A stretch of 64,000 nucleotides of DNA from Solirubrobacterales bacterium (lineage in GTDB: Bacteria; Actinomycetota; Thermoleophilia; Solirubrobacterales; Solirubrobacteraceae): the NCBI GenBank assembly GCA_027315255.1, contig DAHUYL010000110.1:4362-68361 (forward strand). Reading direction: 5' to 3'. A program made the translations under genes and the position numbers. Below, piece by piece: positions 31,224 through 38,146 of the stretch; position 1 is the stretch's first letter, and each line of letters begins with the position of its first letter. Below the pieces are notes generated by a model. It searched no databases. It saw only the letters and a program-made list of their open reading frames with translations, and was not told where the DNA came from.

Positions 31224-31544
31224 TCAATCGCCGCTGCCGCGGTCGTTGCGCTCGCCGCTGCCGCGGTCGTCGCGCTCGCCACTGCCGCTCGTGCGCGTGC
31301 GCGGGTGCTTGCCGCTCGAAGTCGAGGGCGGGCAGTGACCTTTCAAGAACGCCGGGCACGTGCTCGAACGAGTGGTCACCGCCTTTGTCGTGCGCGCGAC
31401 GCGCGCAACCGCGTGGGGCTTCGAGCGTGCGCCTGTCGCCGGCGTGGTCGTTGCCGCTAGCGCATCGGGAAGTGGTGAGGTGACTGCGGCCGTCGCCAGC
31501 GCCACCGCCAGCGTTCCGACCATCCTTGAGCGGACTGAGGGCAT
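31224..31544 (-). CDS. Small secreted protein with GSGERDDR repeats
   Basis: ATG 31544, MPSVRSRMVGTLAVALATAAVTSPLPDALA signal-like; CPAFLKGHCP; repeat tail. Confidence 0.5.
   Translation of the reverse strand: MPSVRSRMVGTLAVALATAAVTSPLPDALAATTTPATGARSKPHAVARVARTTKAVTTRSSTCPAFLKGHCPPSTSSGKHPRTRTSGSGERDDRGSGERNDRGSGD
31228..31290. repeat. 24-bp tandem repeat, about 2.6 copies
   Basis: TCGCCGCTGCCGCGGTCGT(T/C)GCGC units starting at 31228, 31252, 31276. Confidence 0.85.
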
Positions 31545-31613
31545 GTCAATGGGCCTCCGTTGTCTGTGAGCGGCAAGCGTGACCCTGCCTGTCCCAGCCG
31601 GACCCCATCCGCA

Positions 31614-31642
31614 GGCAAGGCCTTGGCAAAATCTCGGCGACA
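31614..31642 (-). promoter_or_regulatory. 11-bp-spaced half-sites, candidate OmpR-family box
   Basis: Plus-strand GGCAAGG / GGCAAAA / GGCGACA at 31614, 31625, 31636, which is CCTTGCC / TTTTGCC / TGTCGCC on the minus strand. Confidence 0.35.
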
Positions 31643-31726
31643 CAGCCTCTGGGTCCCGGCGCGAAATGACCGTTTCTTTACTCGTGCGAGTCGGGCTGTT
31701 TACGCACGTCCGGAAATACTCGTCGC

Positions 31727-33115
31727 GTGGCAACCGAAGCTCATGCGATCGCAGCCCGCCGGCAAGTTCCGACACAGGGCATCGGAGCACGCGCCTTCGC
31801 GCTGCTGTTGGGCGGTGGCGTGGCGGTCAACGGGGTCGTGCTGGTGTGGTTGTGGTTGCGTGGCGGCGGCATCAGCGCAGTGGCGAGCACCGGCGCTCTG
31901 TGGACCAGCATCGGGCGCCTCACCGGCCTGCTCGGCGCGTATCTCGCACTCGTTCAGGTGCTGCTGCTGGCTCGCCTCCCGCCGCTCGAACGGCGGGTCG
32001 GGTTCGATCGCCTCACCGTCTGGCACCGGGTCAACGGCAAGCTGTGCCTCTACCTGGTGCTGGCGCACACGGTGCTGATCACGCTGGGGTACGCCGCGAT
32101 GGATCAGGTCGGCTTCGGGCGCGAGTTCGCACGGCTGCTGTCGAGCTATCCGGGGATGATCGCCGCGACGGTCGCCACCGGGATGATGGTCGGGCTCGTC
32201 TTCAGCTCGATCGCGATCGTCCGCCGCCGGCTCCCCTACGAGGCGTGGTACGCCGTCCACTTCACCGCATACGCGGCGATCGCACTCGGCTACCTGCACC
32301 AGATCCCGACCGGGAATGACTTCAGCGCGGCGCCGAGCCAGGCGACGTGGTGGATCGCGCTGTACGTCGCCACCGCCGCTCTGCTGATCGCCTATCGCGT
32401 CGTCCGGCCGATCGTCCGCGCGGGACGTCACCGGCTGCGCGTCAGCGAGGTTGTGCGCGAGTCGCCCGACACGGTGTCGATCCTGATCCGCGGGCGCAAC
32501 CTGGCGGCACTTCACGCCCACCCCGGCCAGTTCATGCTGTGGCGCTTCCTGACGCCCGGGCGGTGGTGGCAATCGCACCCGTTCTCGCTGTCGGCGGCGC
32601 CGTCCGGCGACATGCTGCGCATCACCGTCAAGGCTGCCGGCCACTACACCGCCGAGCTCGCCGACATCAGGCCGGGAGCAAGCGTGCTGGCCGAGGGCCC
32701 GTTCGGCAGGTTCGTGGCCGACCGGCGCACACGCCGGCGCGTCACGCTGATCGCCGGCGGCATCGGCGTGACCCCGCTGCGGGCGATCCTCGAGAACCTC
32801 CACGGGGAGCCGGGCGAGATCACCTTCATCCATCGCGTGGTGCACGAGCACGACTGCGTGCTGCGCGACGAGCTCGAGCACCTCGGGCGGCGTCTGGGCG
32901 CGTCCGTCCACCACCTGATCGGCGATCACCGCGACCCGATCGCCGCGCGTTACCTGACGAGGGAGCACCTGCTCGAGCTGGTGCCGGCGCTGGCCGACAA
33001 CGACGTGTTCCTGTGCGGGCCGCCGGTGATGATGGACATCACGCGGCGCAACCTCGTCGCCGCCGGCGTGCCAGCCGCCCAGATTCACTTCGAGCGCTTC
33101 GCGCTCGCGGCATGA
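31727..33115 (+). CDS. Ferric-reductase-like heme b membrane domain fused to an FAD/NAD(P)H-binding (FNR) domain
   Basis: His ligands WHR, AHT, VHF, LHQ; HPFSLS, GGIGVTP, FLCGP, HFERF. Confidence 0.9.
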   Translation: MATEAHAIAARRQVPTQGIGARAFALLLGGGVAVNGVVLVWLWLRGGGISAVASTGALWTSIGRLTGLLGAYLALVQVLLLARLPPLERRVGFDRLTVWHRVNGKLCLYLVLAHTVLITLGYAAMDQVGFGREFARLLSSYPGMIAATVATGMMVGLVFSSIAIVRRRLPYEAWYAVHFTAYAAIALGYLHQIPTGNDFSAAPSQATWWIALYVATAALLIAYRVVRPIVRAGRHRLRVSEVVRESPDTVSILIRGRNLAALHAHPGQFMLWRFLTPGRWWQSHPFSLSAAPSGDMLRITVKAAGHYTAELADIRPGASVLAEGPFGRFVADRRTRRRVTLIAGGIGVTPLRAILENLHGEPGEITFIHRVVHEHDCVLRDELEHLGRRLGASVHHLIGDHRDPIAARYLTREHLLELVPALADNDVFLCGPPVMMDITRRNLVAAGVPAAQIHFERFALAA

Positions 33116-33153
33116 AACGTAACCCCACAACACACACACGAGAAGGAGCACGA

Positions 33154-33510
33154 GTGCACAAGTTCCTCCCGACAGCCATGGCGAGCCTGGGGCTCGCCGC
33201 CTCACTCGCCGCACCCACCGACGCGCTGGCCGCCTCCGGCAGCTACACCGGTGCCGGGTCGACGATGAAATGGGGCACGGTCACCGTCACGATCACCGTC
33301 AGCGGCAAGCACATCACGAACATCTCATCGGTGTATCCCGCCGAACGGCCTCGATCGGCGTTCATCAACAAGGCGGCGGTCACGATCCTGCGCCAGCAGG
33401 CACTGCAATCGCAGAGCTTCAAGCTCCACAACCTGTCGGGCGCGACGATGACGACGGTCGCGTTCGAGAAGTCGCTGGCGTCCGCGATGCACAAGGCGCA
33501 TCTCGCCTAG
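33154..33510 (+). CDS. Secreted FMN-binding (flavinylated) protein
   Basis: GTG 33154 after SD AGAAGGAG; Sec signal ending ALA; WGTVTVTITV; flavinylation motif LSGATMT (SGAT at 33436-33447). Confidence 0.88.
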   Translation: MHKFLPTAMASLGLAASLAAPTDALAASGSYTGAGSTMKWGTVTVTITVSGKHITNISSVYPAERPRSAFINKAAVTILRQQALQSQSFKLHNLSGATMTTVAFEKSLASAMHKAHLA

Positions 33511-33558
33511 CCGATGCACGTGCCGTCATCACCGACCACCGCGACTCGGGGAGAGTTC

Positions 33559-34383
33559 ATGGCTCTCCCCGAGCGCAGCACGCACCGCCTGGAGTTCGTG
33601 ATGGGAATGCCGATCATCGTCGACATCTGCGACGCGGCGTTCGACGACTCGGTGCTCGACGACGTGTTCGAGTGGTTCCGCTGGGTCGACAGCACGTTCT
33701 CGACCTACCGCAGTGACAGCGCGATCAGCCGCCTGAACCGAGGCGAGCTTCCCCTCGAGGCGGCGCACCCCTGGATCCGAAGGGTGCTCGGGCGCTGCGA
33801 GGAGCTGCGCCGCGAGACCGACGGCTACTTCGACATCCGCGCGCCGTACGCGACGCCGGGCGGTGCGCCGGAGGCCGGCCGAGGCGGACCCGATTCGATC
33901 GACCCGTCGGGCTACGTGAAGGGCTGGGCCGTCGCCGAGGCGGCCCGCATGGTCCGGCGTGCCGGCGCGCGCAACTACGCCGTCAACGCCGGCGGTGACA
34001 TCCAGCTCGCCGGCGATCCTGACGGATCCGGACGCTGGCGCGTGGGGATCCAGAATCCGCTCGAACCGGACGGCGTCGCGATGACGCTCGCGCTGACCGA
34101 CCAGGCGATCGCGACGTCCGCGGCATACGCGCGCGGCCGGCACATCGTCGACCCGCACGGGGCGCGCACCGACGGCGCCGGGTTGCTCTCGGTGACGATC
34201 GTCGGACCGGGGCTGGCGAGCGCCGACGCGTACGCGACGGCGGTGTTCGCGATGGGAGCGCAGCGCGGCGCCGAGTGGTGCGCCCAGCTGGCCGGCGGGT
34301 ACGACGCCGTGCTGATCCGCGAGGACGAGACCGTGCTCAGCACCCCCGGGATCGACGCGCTGATCGCCCAGCCGTATGGGTGA
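33559..34383 (+). CDS. apbE: FAD:protein FMN transferase ApbE, copy 1 (start 33514 or 33559)
   Basis: VMGM, FSTYRSDS, DPSGYVKGWAV, NAGGDI, IATSA, HIVDP, ADAYATA. Confidence 0.9.
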   Translation: MALPERSTHRLEFVMGMPIIVDICDAAFDDSVLDDVFEWFRWVDSTFSTYRSDSAISRLNRGELPLEAAHPWIRRVLGRCEELRRETDGYFDIRAPYATPGGAPEAGRGGPDSIDPSGYVKGWAVAEAARMVRRAGARNYAVNAGGDIQLAGDPDGSGRWRVGIQNPLEPDGVAMTLALTDQAIATSAAYARGRHIVDPHGARTDGAGLLSVTIVGPGLASADAYATAVFAMGAQRGAEWCAQLAGGYDAVLIREDETVLSTPGIDALIAQPYG

Positions 34384-34395
34384 CGGCCGCCGGAA

Positions 34396-34510
34396 CGACC
34401 ACAAACCCGCACACCCCCTCCCGGAGGCAGGGGTCGCCGGTTTCGGGTCGTGACGGCGCCCGAATGTGGCAACCCCCTTCCCGGGGTGGGGGTGTGCGGA
34501 GTTGTGGTCG
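34396..34510. repeat. About 115-bp imperfect palindrome (REP/MITE-like), copy A
   Basis: Left arm CGACCACAAACCCGCACACCCCC versus reverse-complemented right arm CGACCACAACTCCGCACACCCCC (21/23). Pairing continues inward to TTCGGG...CCCGAA, centred at 34453. Confidence 0.8.
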
Positions 34511-34539
34511 CGATCGGACAGGAGCGACCCCTGGCCCGA

Positions 34540-34746
34540 TCAGGGGAAGACCTGATCGCCCGAGCGGCGATCGACGATCCTGATCGCGGCGCTCGGGCAG
34601 GACTCGGCGGCCTCGATCAGCAGCTCGTCCGAGGCGGTGCCGATGACGCGGGCGACGTCGTCGAGCGCGAACACGTCGGGTGCGACGTCCACGCAGTCTC
34701 CGTGGGCGGCACAGGCGTCGACGTCGACTTCGGCAAGGTAGTTCAT
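34540..34746 (-). CDS. Single-cluster ferredoxin, CxxHxxC...CP type
   Basis: CAAHGDCVDVAPDVF...AAESCPSAAI. Confidence 0.9.
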   Translation of the reverse strand: MNYLAEVDVDACAAHGDCVDVAPDVFALDDVARVIGTASDELLIEAAESCPSAAIRIVDRRSGDQVFP

Positions 34747-35909
34747 GGTGTTCCTCTCTCGATCAGTTGACGGGCGGCGGGAAGGTTGCGGGGGCGATCG
34801 ACGAGCAGCACCGCGACGGCGCGCTCGGCGCGGCTGAACGTCGCGGCGAAGTTGCGGCTGCCGAGCTCGCCGTCGATCGCGATGGAGTCCGTGGCGCTGC
34901 TACGACCGACGTACTGGATCCGCAGTCCGTACTGGTCGGTCCAGAAGCTCGGCGCGGGCGCCGGCACCGGCTCGAGCCCGAGCATCGTCCGCGCTGCGCG
35001 CGCAGCCTGGCGCGCAGCCGCCTCCCAGTGCGAGCCGGGAAGGTGCCTGCGGAGCGACGGATCGAAGGTCGCGGCGGCGTCGCCCGCGGCGAACACCCGC
35101 GGGAGCCGGCTGCGGCCGTCGGCATCGACGGGGACCCCGGCCGTCGTCTCGATCCCGCTGCCGGCGAGCCAGCCGACATCGGCGTCGGTGCCGACGCCGA
35201 CCACGACGTGATCCGCGGCCACGACGTGGCCATCGGACAGGTGCAGGGCACGTACGGCGCCGCGGCCAGCCTCCAGCCGCTCGATCGTCCGACCGCTCAG
35301 CACGGTCACGCCTTCGTCCTCGTGGAGCCGCGCGAACCAGCTCCCGAGGATCGGACCGAGGACGCCGTGAAGCGGCGACGGGGCAGCCTCGACGATCGTC
35401 ACCTCGAGTCCGAGCGCGCGAGCGGTCGAGGCGATCTCGAGCCCGACGAAGCCCGCACCCACGAGCGCGAGCCGCTCGCCGCGGCGGCCCAGCACGTCGC
35501 GCAGGACGAGCGCGTCGTCGAGCGTGCGCAGCACCGAGACGTTGTCGTAGCCGGTCAGGGTCGGCAGCGGCCGCGGGCGGCCGCCGGTGGCGATCAGCAG
35601 CTGCTCGTACGCCAGGCTGCTGCCGTCGGACAGCTCGACCTTGCGCTCCGCCGCGCGAAGGCCCGTCGCGGCGACGCCGAGCAGCAGCTCGACGCTGTTG
35701 CGCGCGTACCAGTCGGGCGCCCGGAACGCCAGCGAGCCGACCTCGTGCCTGCCGGCGAGCAGCCCCTTCGAGAGCGGCGGACGATCGTAGGGTCGACGTG
35801 GCTCGGAGCAGACGACCCGCACCGGTCCGTCGTAGCCTTCGCGCCGCAGCGTCTCGGCACAGCGCTGGCCGGCGAGCCCGCCGCCGACGATCACGATCCC
35901 GTCGTCCAT
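34743..35909 (-). CDS. FAD-dependent ferredoxin reductase (P450/Rieske-oxygenase type)
   Basis: GGGLAG, PYDRPPLSK, IATGG, GAGFVGLE, FAAGD, HW..A..QA, PSFWTDQY. 4-bp overlap with the ferredoxin. Confidence 0.92.
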   Translation of the reverse strand: MDDGIVIVGGGLAGQRCAETLRREGYDGPVRVVCSEPRRPYDRPPLSKGLLAGRHEVGSLAFRAPDWYARNSVELLLGVAATGLRAAERKVELSDGSSLAYEQLLIATGGRPRPLPTLTGYDNVSVLRTLDDALVLRDVLGRRGERLALVGAGFVGLEIASTARALGLEVTIVEAAPSPLHGVLGPILGSWFARLHEDEGVTVLSGRTIERLEAGRGAVRALHLSDGHVVAADHVVVGVGTDADVGWLAGSGIETTAGVPVDADGRSRLPRVFAAGDAAATFDPSLRRHLPGSHWEAAARQAARAARTMLGLEPVPAPAPSFWTDQYGLRIQYVGRSSATDSIAIDGELGSRNFAATFSRAERAVAVLLVDRPRNLPAARQLIERGTP

Positions 35910-35930
35910 GGATCGCAGCTTCGCCGGCCC

Positions 35931-35988
35931 GAGTAAGAGGGTGGTGGGATCGCGGTAAGGAAACTGCGAACCTTGCCAACGCTTTCCG
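35931..35988. promoter_or_regulatory. Back-to-back candidate regulator boxes in the divergent reductase/apbE2 promoter
   Basis: Minus strand TCCTTACCGCG-ATCCCACCACC-CTCTTACTCGG (35961 to 35929); plus strand CCTTGCC 35971 and CTTTCCG 35982. Confidence 0.4.
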
Positions 35989-36038
35989 CGCGCTTGCCCA
36001 CGGGTTGGCGCCGGATCGGGAAGATTCGAGGCCGATTC

Positions 36039-37022
36039 ATGGCGGACGAGCTCGACTACACGTTCCAGGCGATGGGCAGCGAGATCCGGATGCTGATCGG
36101 CGACCGGCTACTGCGGACGGCGCCGCCGGCGCTGGAGGCGGCCGACCGGGAGAAGGCATACGTGCTCGACTTCGGCCGGCGCCTGTCGAGGTTCATCCCA
36201 GACAGCGAGCTGTCGGCGCTCAACGGCGATCCCGGTCGGGTCGTTCCGGCGAGCGGCCTGCTGCGAGCCGCCGTCGCAGCCGGACTCTGGGCGGCGCAGC
36301 GCAGCGGCGGACTGATCGACCCGACGGTGCTGACGGCGCTGGTGCGCAGCGGCTACGACCACTCGCTCGACGGCGTGGCGCCGGCCTCGTTGACGGACGC
36401 GCTGAAGCACGCGCCGCCGCGGACGGCGGCCCGGCCCGACCCGGCTCGCCGCTGGCAGCAGGTGTCGATCGACGACGCGGCCGGCGTGGTCGAGCGGCCG
36501 CCGGGCATCGCGATCGACACGGGTGGAACGGGCAAGGGACTGTGCGCAGACGCGGTCGCGGTGCACCTGGCCGGCTACTCGCGGTTCGTCGTCGATTGCG
36601 GCGGCGACATCGCCGTCGGCGGCATCGGAGCCCAGCTGCGGCCGTACGTGATCGAGGTCGAGCATCCGCTGACGCAGGCGTCGATCGGTCAGATCGCGGT
36701 GAGTCGCGGCGGCATCGCCACCTCGGGCCTGAACGTTCGGATCTGGCGCAGGCCGGACGGGAGCTTCGCCCACCACCTGCTCGACCCGAGCACGGGCGAG
36801 CCGGCCTGGAGTGGACTGATCGGGGCGACCGCCGTGGCCGAGACGGCGCTCGCCGCCGAGACCCTGTCGAAGACGGCGCTGCTGCTCGGCGCAAGCGGGG
36901 CCCGCGAGGTGCTGGCCGAGCACGGCGGGGTGGTCGTGCACGACTCGGGTGAGGTCGAGGTGATCGGGCCTGTCTCGTTCGAGCCCAGCTCAGCCGCTGA
37001 CTCCTCGCCAGTCGCCGGATGA
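36039..37022 (+). CDS. apbE: FAD:protein FMN transferase ApbE, copy 2
   Basis: FQAMGS, LSRFIPDSELS, IDPT, DTGGTGKG, DCGGDI, IATSG, HHLLDP. ATG 36039 preferred. Confidence 0.88.
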   Translation: MADELDYTFQAMGSEIRMLIGDRLLRTAPPALEAADREKAYVLDFGRRLSRFIPDSELSALNGDPGRVVPASGLLRAAVAAGLWAAQRSGGLIDPTVLTALVRSGYDHSLDGVAPASLTDALKHAPPRTAARPDPARRWQQVSIDDAAGVVERPPGIAIDTGGTGKGLCADAVAVHLAGYSRFVVDCGGDIAVGGIGAQLRPYVIEVEHPLTQASIGQIAVSRGGIATSGLNVRIWRRPDGSFAHHLLDPSTGEPAWSGLIGATAVAETALAAETLSKTALLLGASGAREVLAEHGGVVVHDSGEVEVIGPVSFEPSSAADSSPVAG

Positions 37023-37055
37023 CCAGCGCGCCCGGGTAAACGGGCTCTGGCGCGG

Positions 37056-37073
37056 TCCTTACCGCGCTCTTGA
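37056..37073 (+). promoter_or_regulatory. Candidate regulator box
   Basis: TCCTTACCGCG (exact reverse complement of 35951-35961), followed 11 bp later by CTCTTGA. Confidence 0.45.
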
Positions 37074-37146
37074 CGGCGCCGAGCAAGCTGGCTTCAGCTA
37101 CCGAGTGCCGCCCCGGCGGCACGAGTGAAACCGAAGGAGAACCGGC

Positions 37147-37470
37147 ATGGAACCCAAACCGGACGCACGCACGCCGCAGCCACGGCGCCGACGCCCGTCC
37201 CTCTACCGCACCGTGCTGAGCGTCGCGATCGCCGCGATCGTCGCCGCGTCGATCCCGTTCGCAGCGCTGTACGGACAGGCGCTGCAACCGAGACCGGCCG
37301 CCGCGATCACGGCCGTCAGCGGCTCGGGCGGTACACAGACCCGAATCGTGACCACGGCCTCGGGCCGGGTCGTGACGCAAACGGTCCCGGCCACGGGCGC
37401 GGGCTCCGCGTCTGCCGGCACCGCGACCCCGATCGTGACGCGCACGTCCGTCGCCACTCCAGACAACTAG
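37147..37470 (+). CDS. Small membrane-anchored Thr/Ser-rich protein
   Basis: SD AAGGAG; basic N-terminus, one TM helix, then IVTTASG...IVTRTS. Confidence 0.75.
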   Translation: MEPKPDARTPQPRRRRPSLYRTVLSVAIAAIVAASIPFAALYGQALQPRPAAAITAVSGSGGTQTRIVTTASGRVVTQTVPATGAGSASAGTATPIVTRTSVATPDN

Positions 37471-37474
37471 CGCA

Positions 37475-38026
37475 ATGGCCTCCCATCAGCTGTTCTGGAT
37501 CGCGAGCCGCTCGTTCGGCACGATCGCGATGATCCTGCTGGGCGTGTCGGTCGCGGTCGGCCTGGCGATGTCGGGCCGGATGGCCGGGCGGCCTGCGACA
37601 CGCGCGAAGCTGCGCCGCTTCCACGAGGCGGCGACGCTCGTCACGCTCGGCCTGATCGCGGCGCACGCCGGGCTGCTGCTGCTCGACAGCTATCTCCGCC
37701 CCGGGCTCGCCGGGATCACGATCCCGTTCGTGCTCGGCTACCGGTCGCTGTTCACCGGCATCGGGATCATCGCCGGCTGGCTGGCCGTGGTGATCGGCGC
37801 GAGCTTCTACGTGCGCAAGCGGATCGGGACGCGCACGTGGCGCAAGCTGCACCGGTTTGCGATCGTGACCTACGCGCTGGCGCTGCTGCACGTGCTCGGG
37901 GCCGGCACGGACGCGAGCAGCCCGTGGATGCTCGCGACGCTGACGGGGCTGACCGCGCCGATCGTGTTCGCAGGCAGCTACCGGCTGCTGGGCGCGCAGG
38001 CCGGGCGGGCGCCCTTTCCCGCCTGA
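37475..38026 (+). CDS. MsrQ/ferric-reductase-like di-heme membrane cytochrome b without an NAD domain
   Basis: Four His in two pairs (FHE..AH; LHR..LH), WIASRSFG, WRKLH. Confidence 0.85.
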   Translation: MASHQLFWIASRSFGTIAMILLGVSVAVGLAMSGRMAGRPATRAKLRRFHEAATLVTLGLIAAHAGLLLLDSYLRPGLAGITIPFVLGYRSLFTGIGIIAGWLAVVIGASFYVRKRIGTRTWRKLHRFAIVTYALALLHVLGAGTDASSPWMLATLTGLTAPIVFAGSYRLLGAQAGRAPFPA

Positions 38027-38056
38027 GCGGGAGCCCCGCGGCGGCCGGTGCCGAGC

Positions 38057-38109
38057 GGCCGGCGGATCCGCCGGCCCGGGGCGGGGGAGCCACAAGCCCC
38101 CCGCCCCGG
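38057..38109. terminator. Tandem GC hairpins downstream of the cytochrome gene
   Basis: 20-bp palindrome GGCCGGCGGATCCGCCGGCC (38057-38076) and stem CCGGGGCGGGGG/CCCCCGCCCCGG. Confidence 0.5.
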
Positions 38110-38146
38110 CAAGCCCCGCGCGGAGGCGTCCGGTTATCGTTGCCTG

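Noticed and set aside
38057-38109. Twin hairpins with a C6 run as a possible 6C RNA
   Set aside because: The C-run is in a stem rather than in two loops; the position fits a terminator.
28266-38146. Integrative element or prophage
   Set aside because: No integrase, transposase, tRNA target or att-like direct repeat seen.
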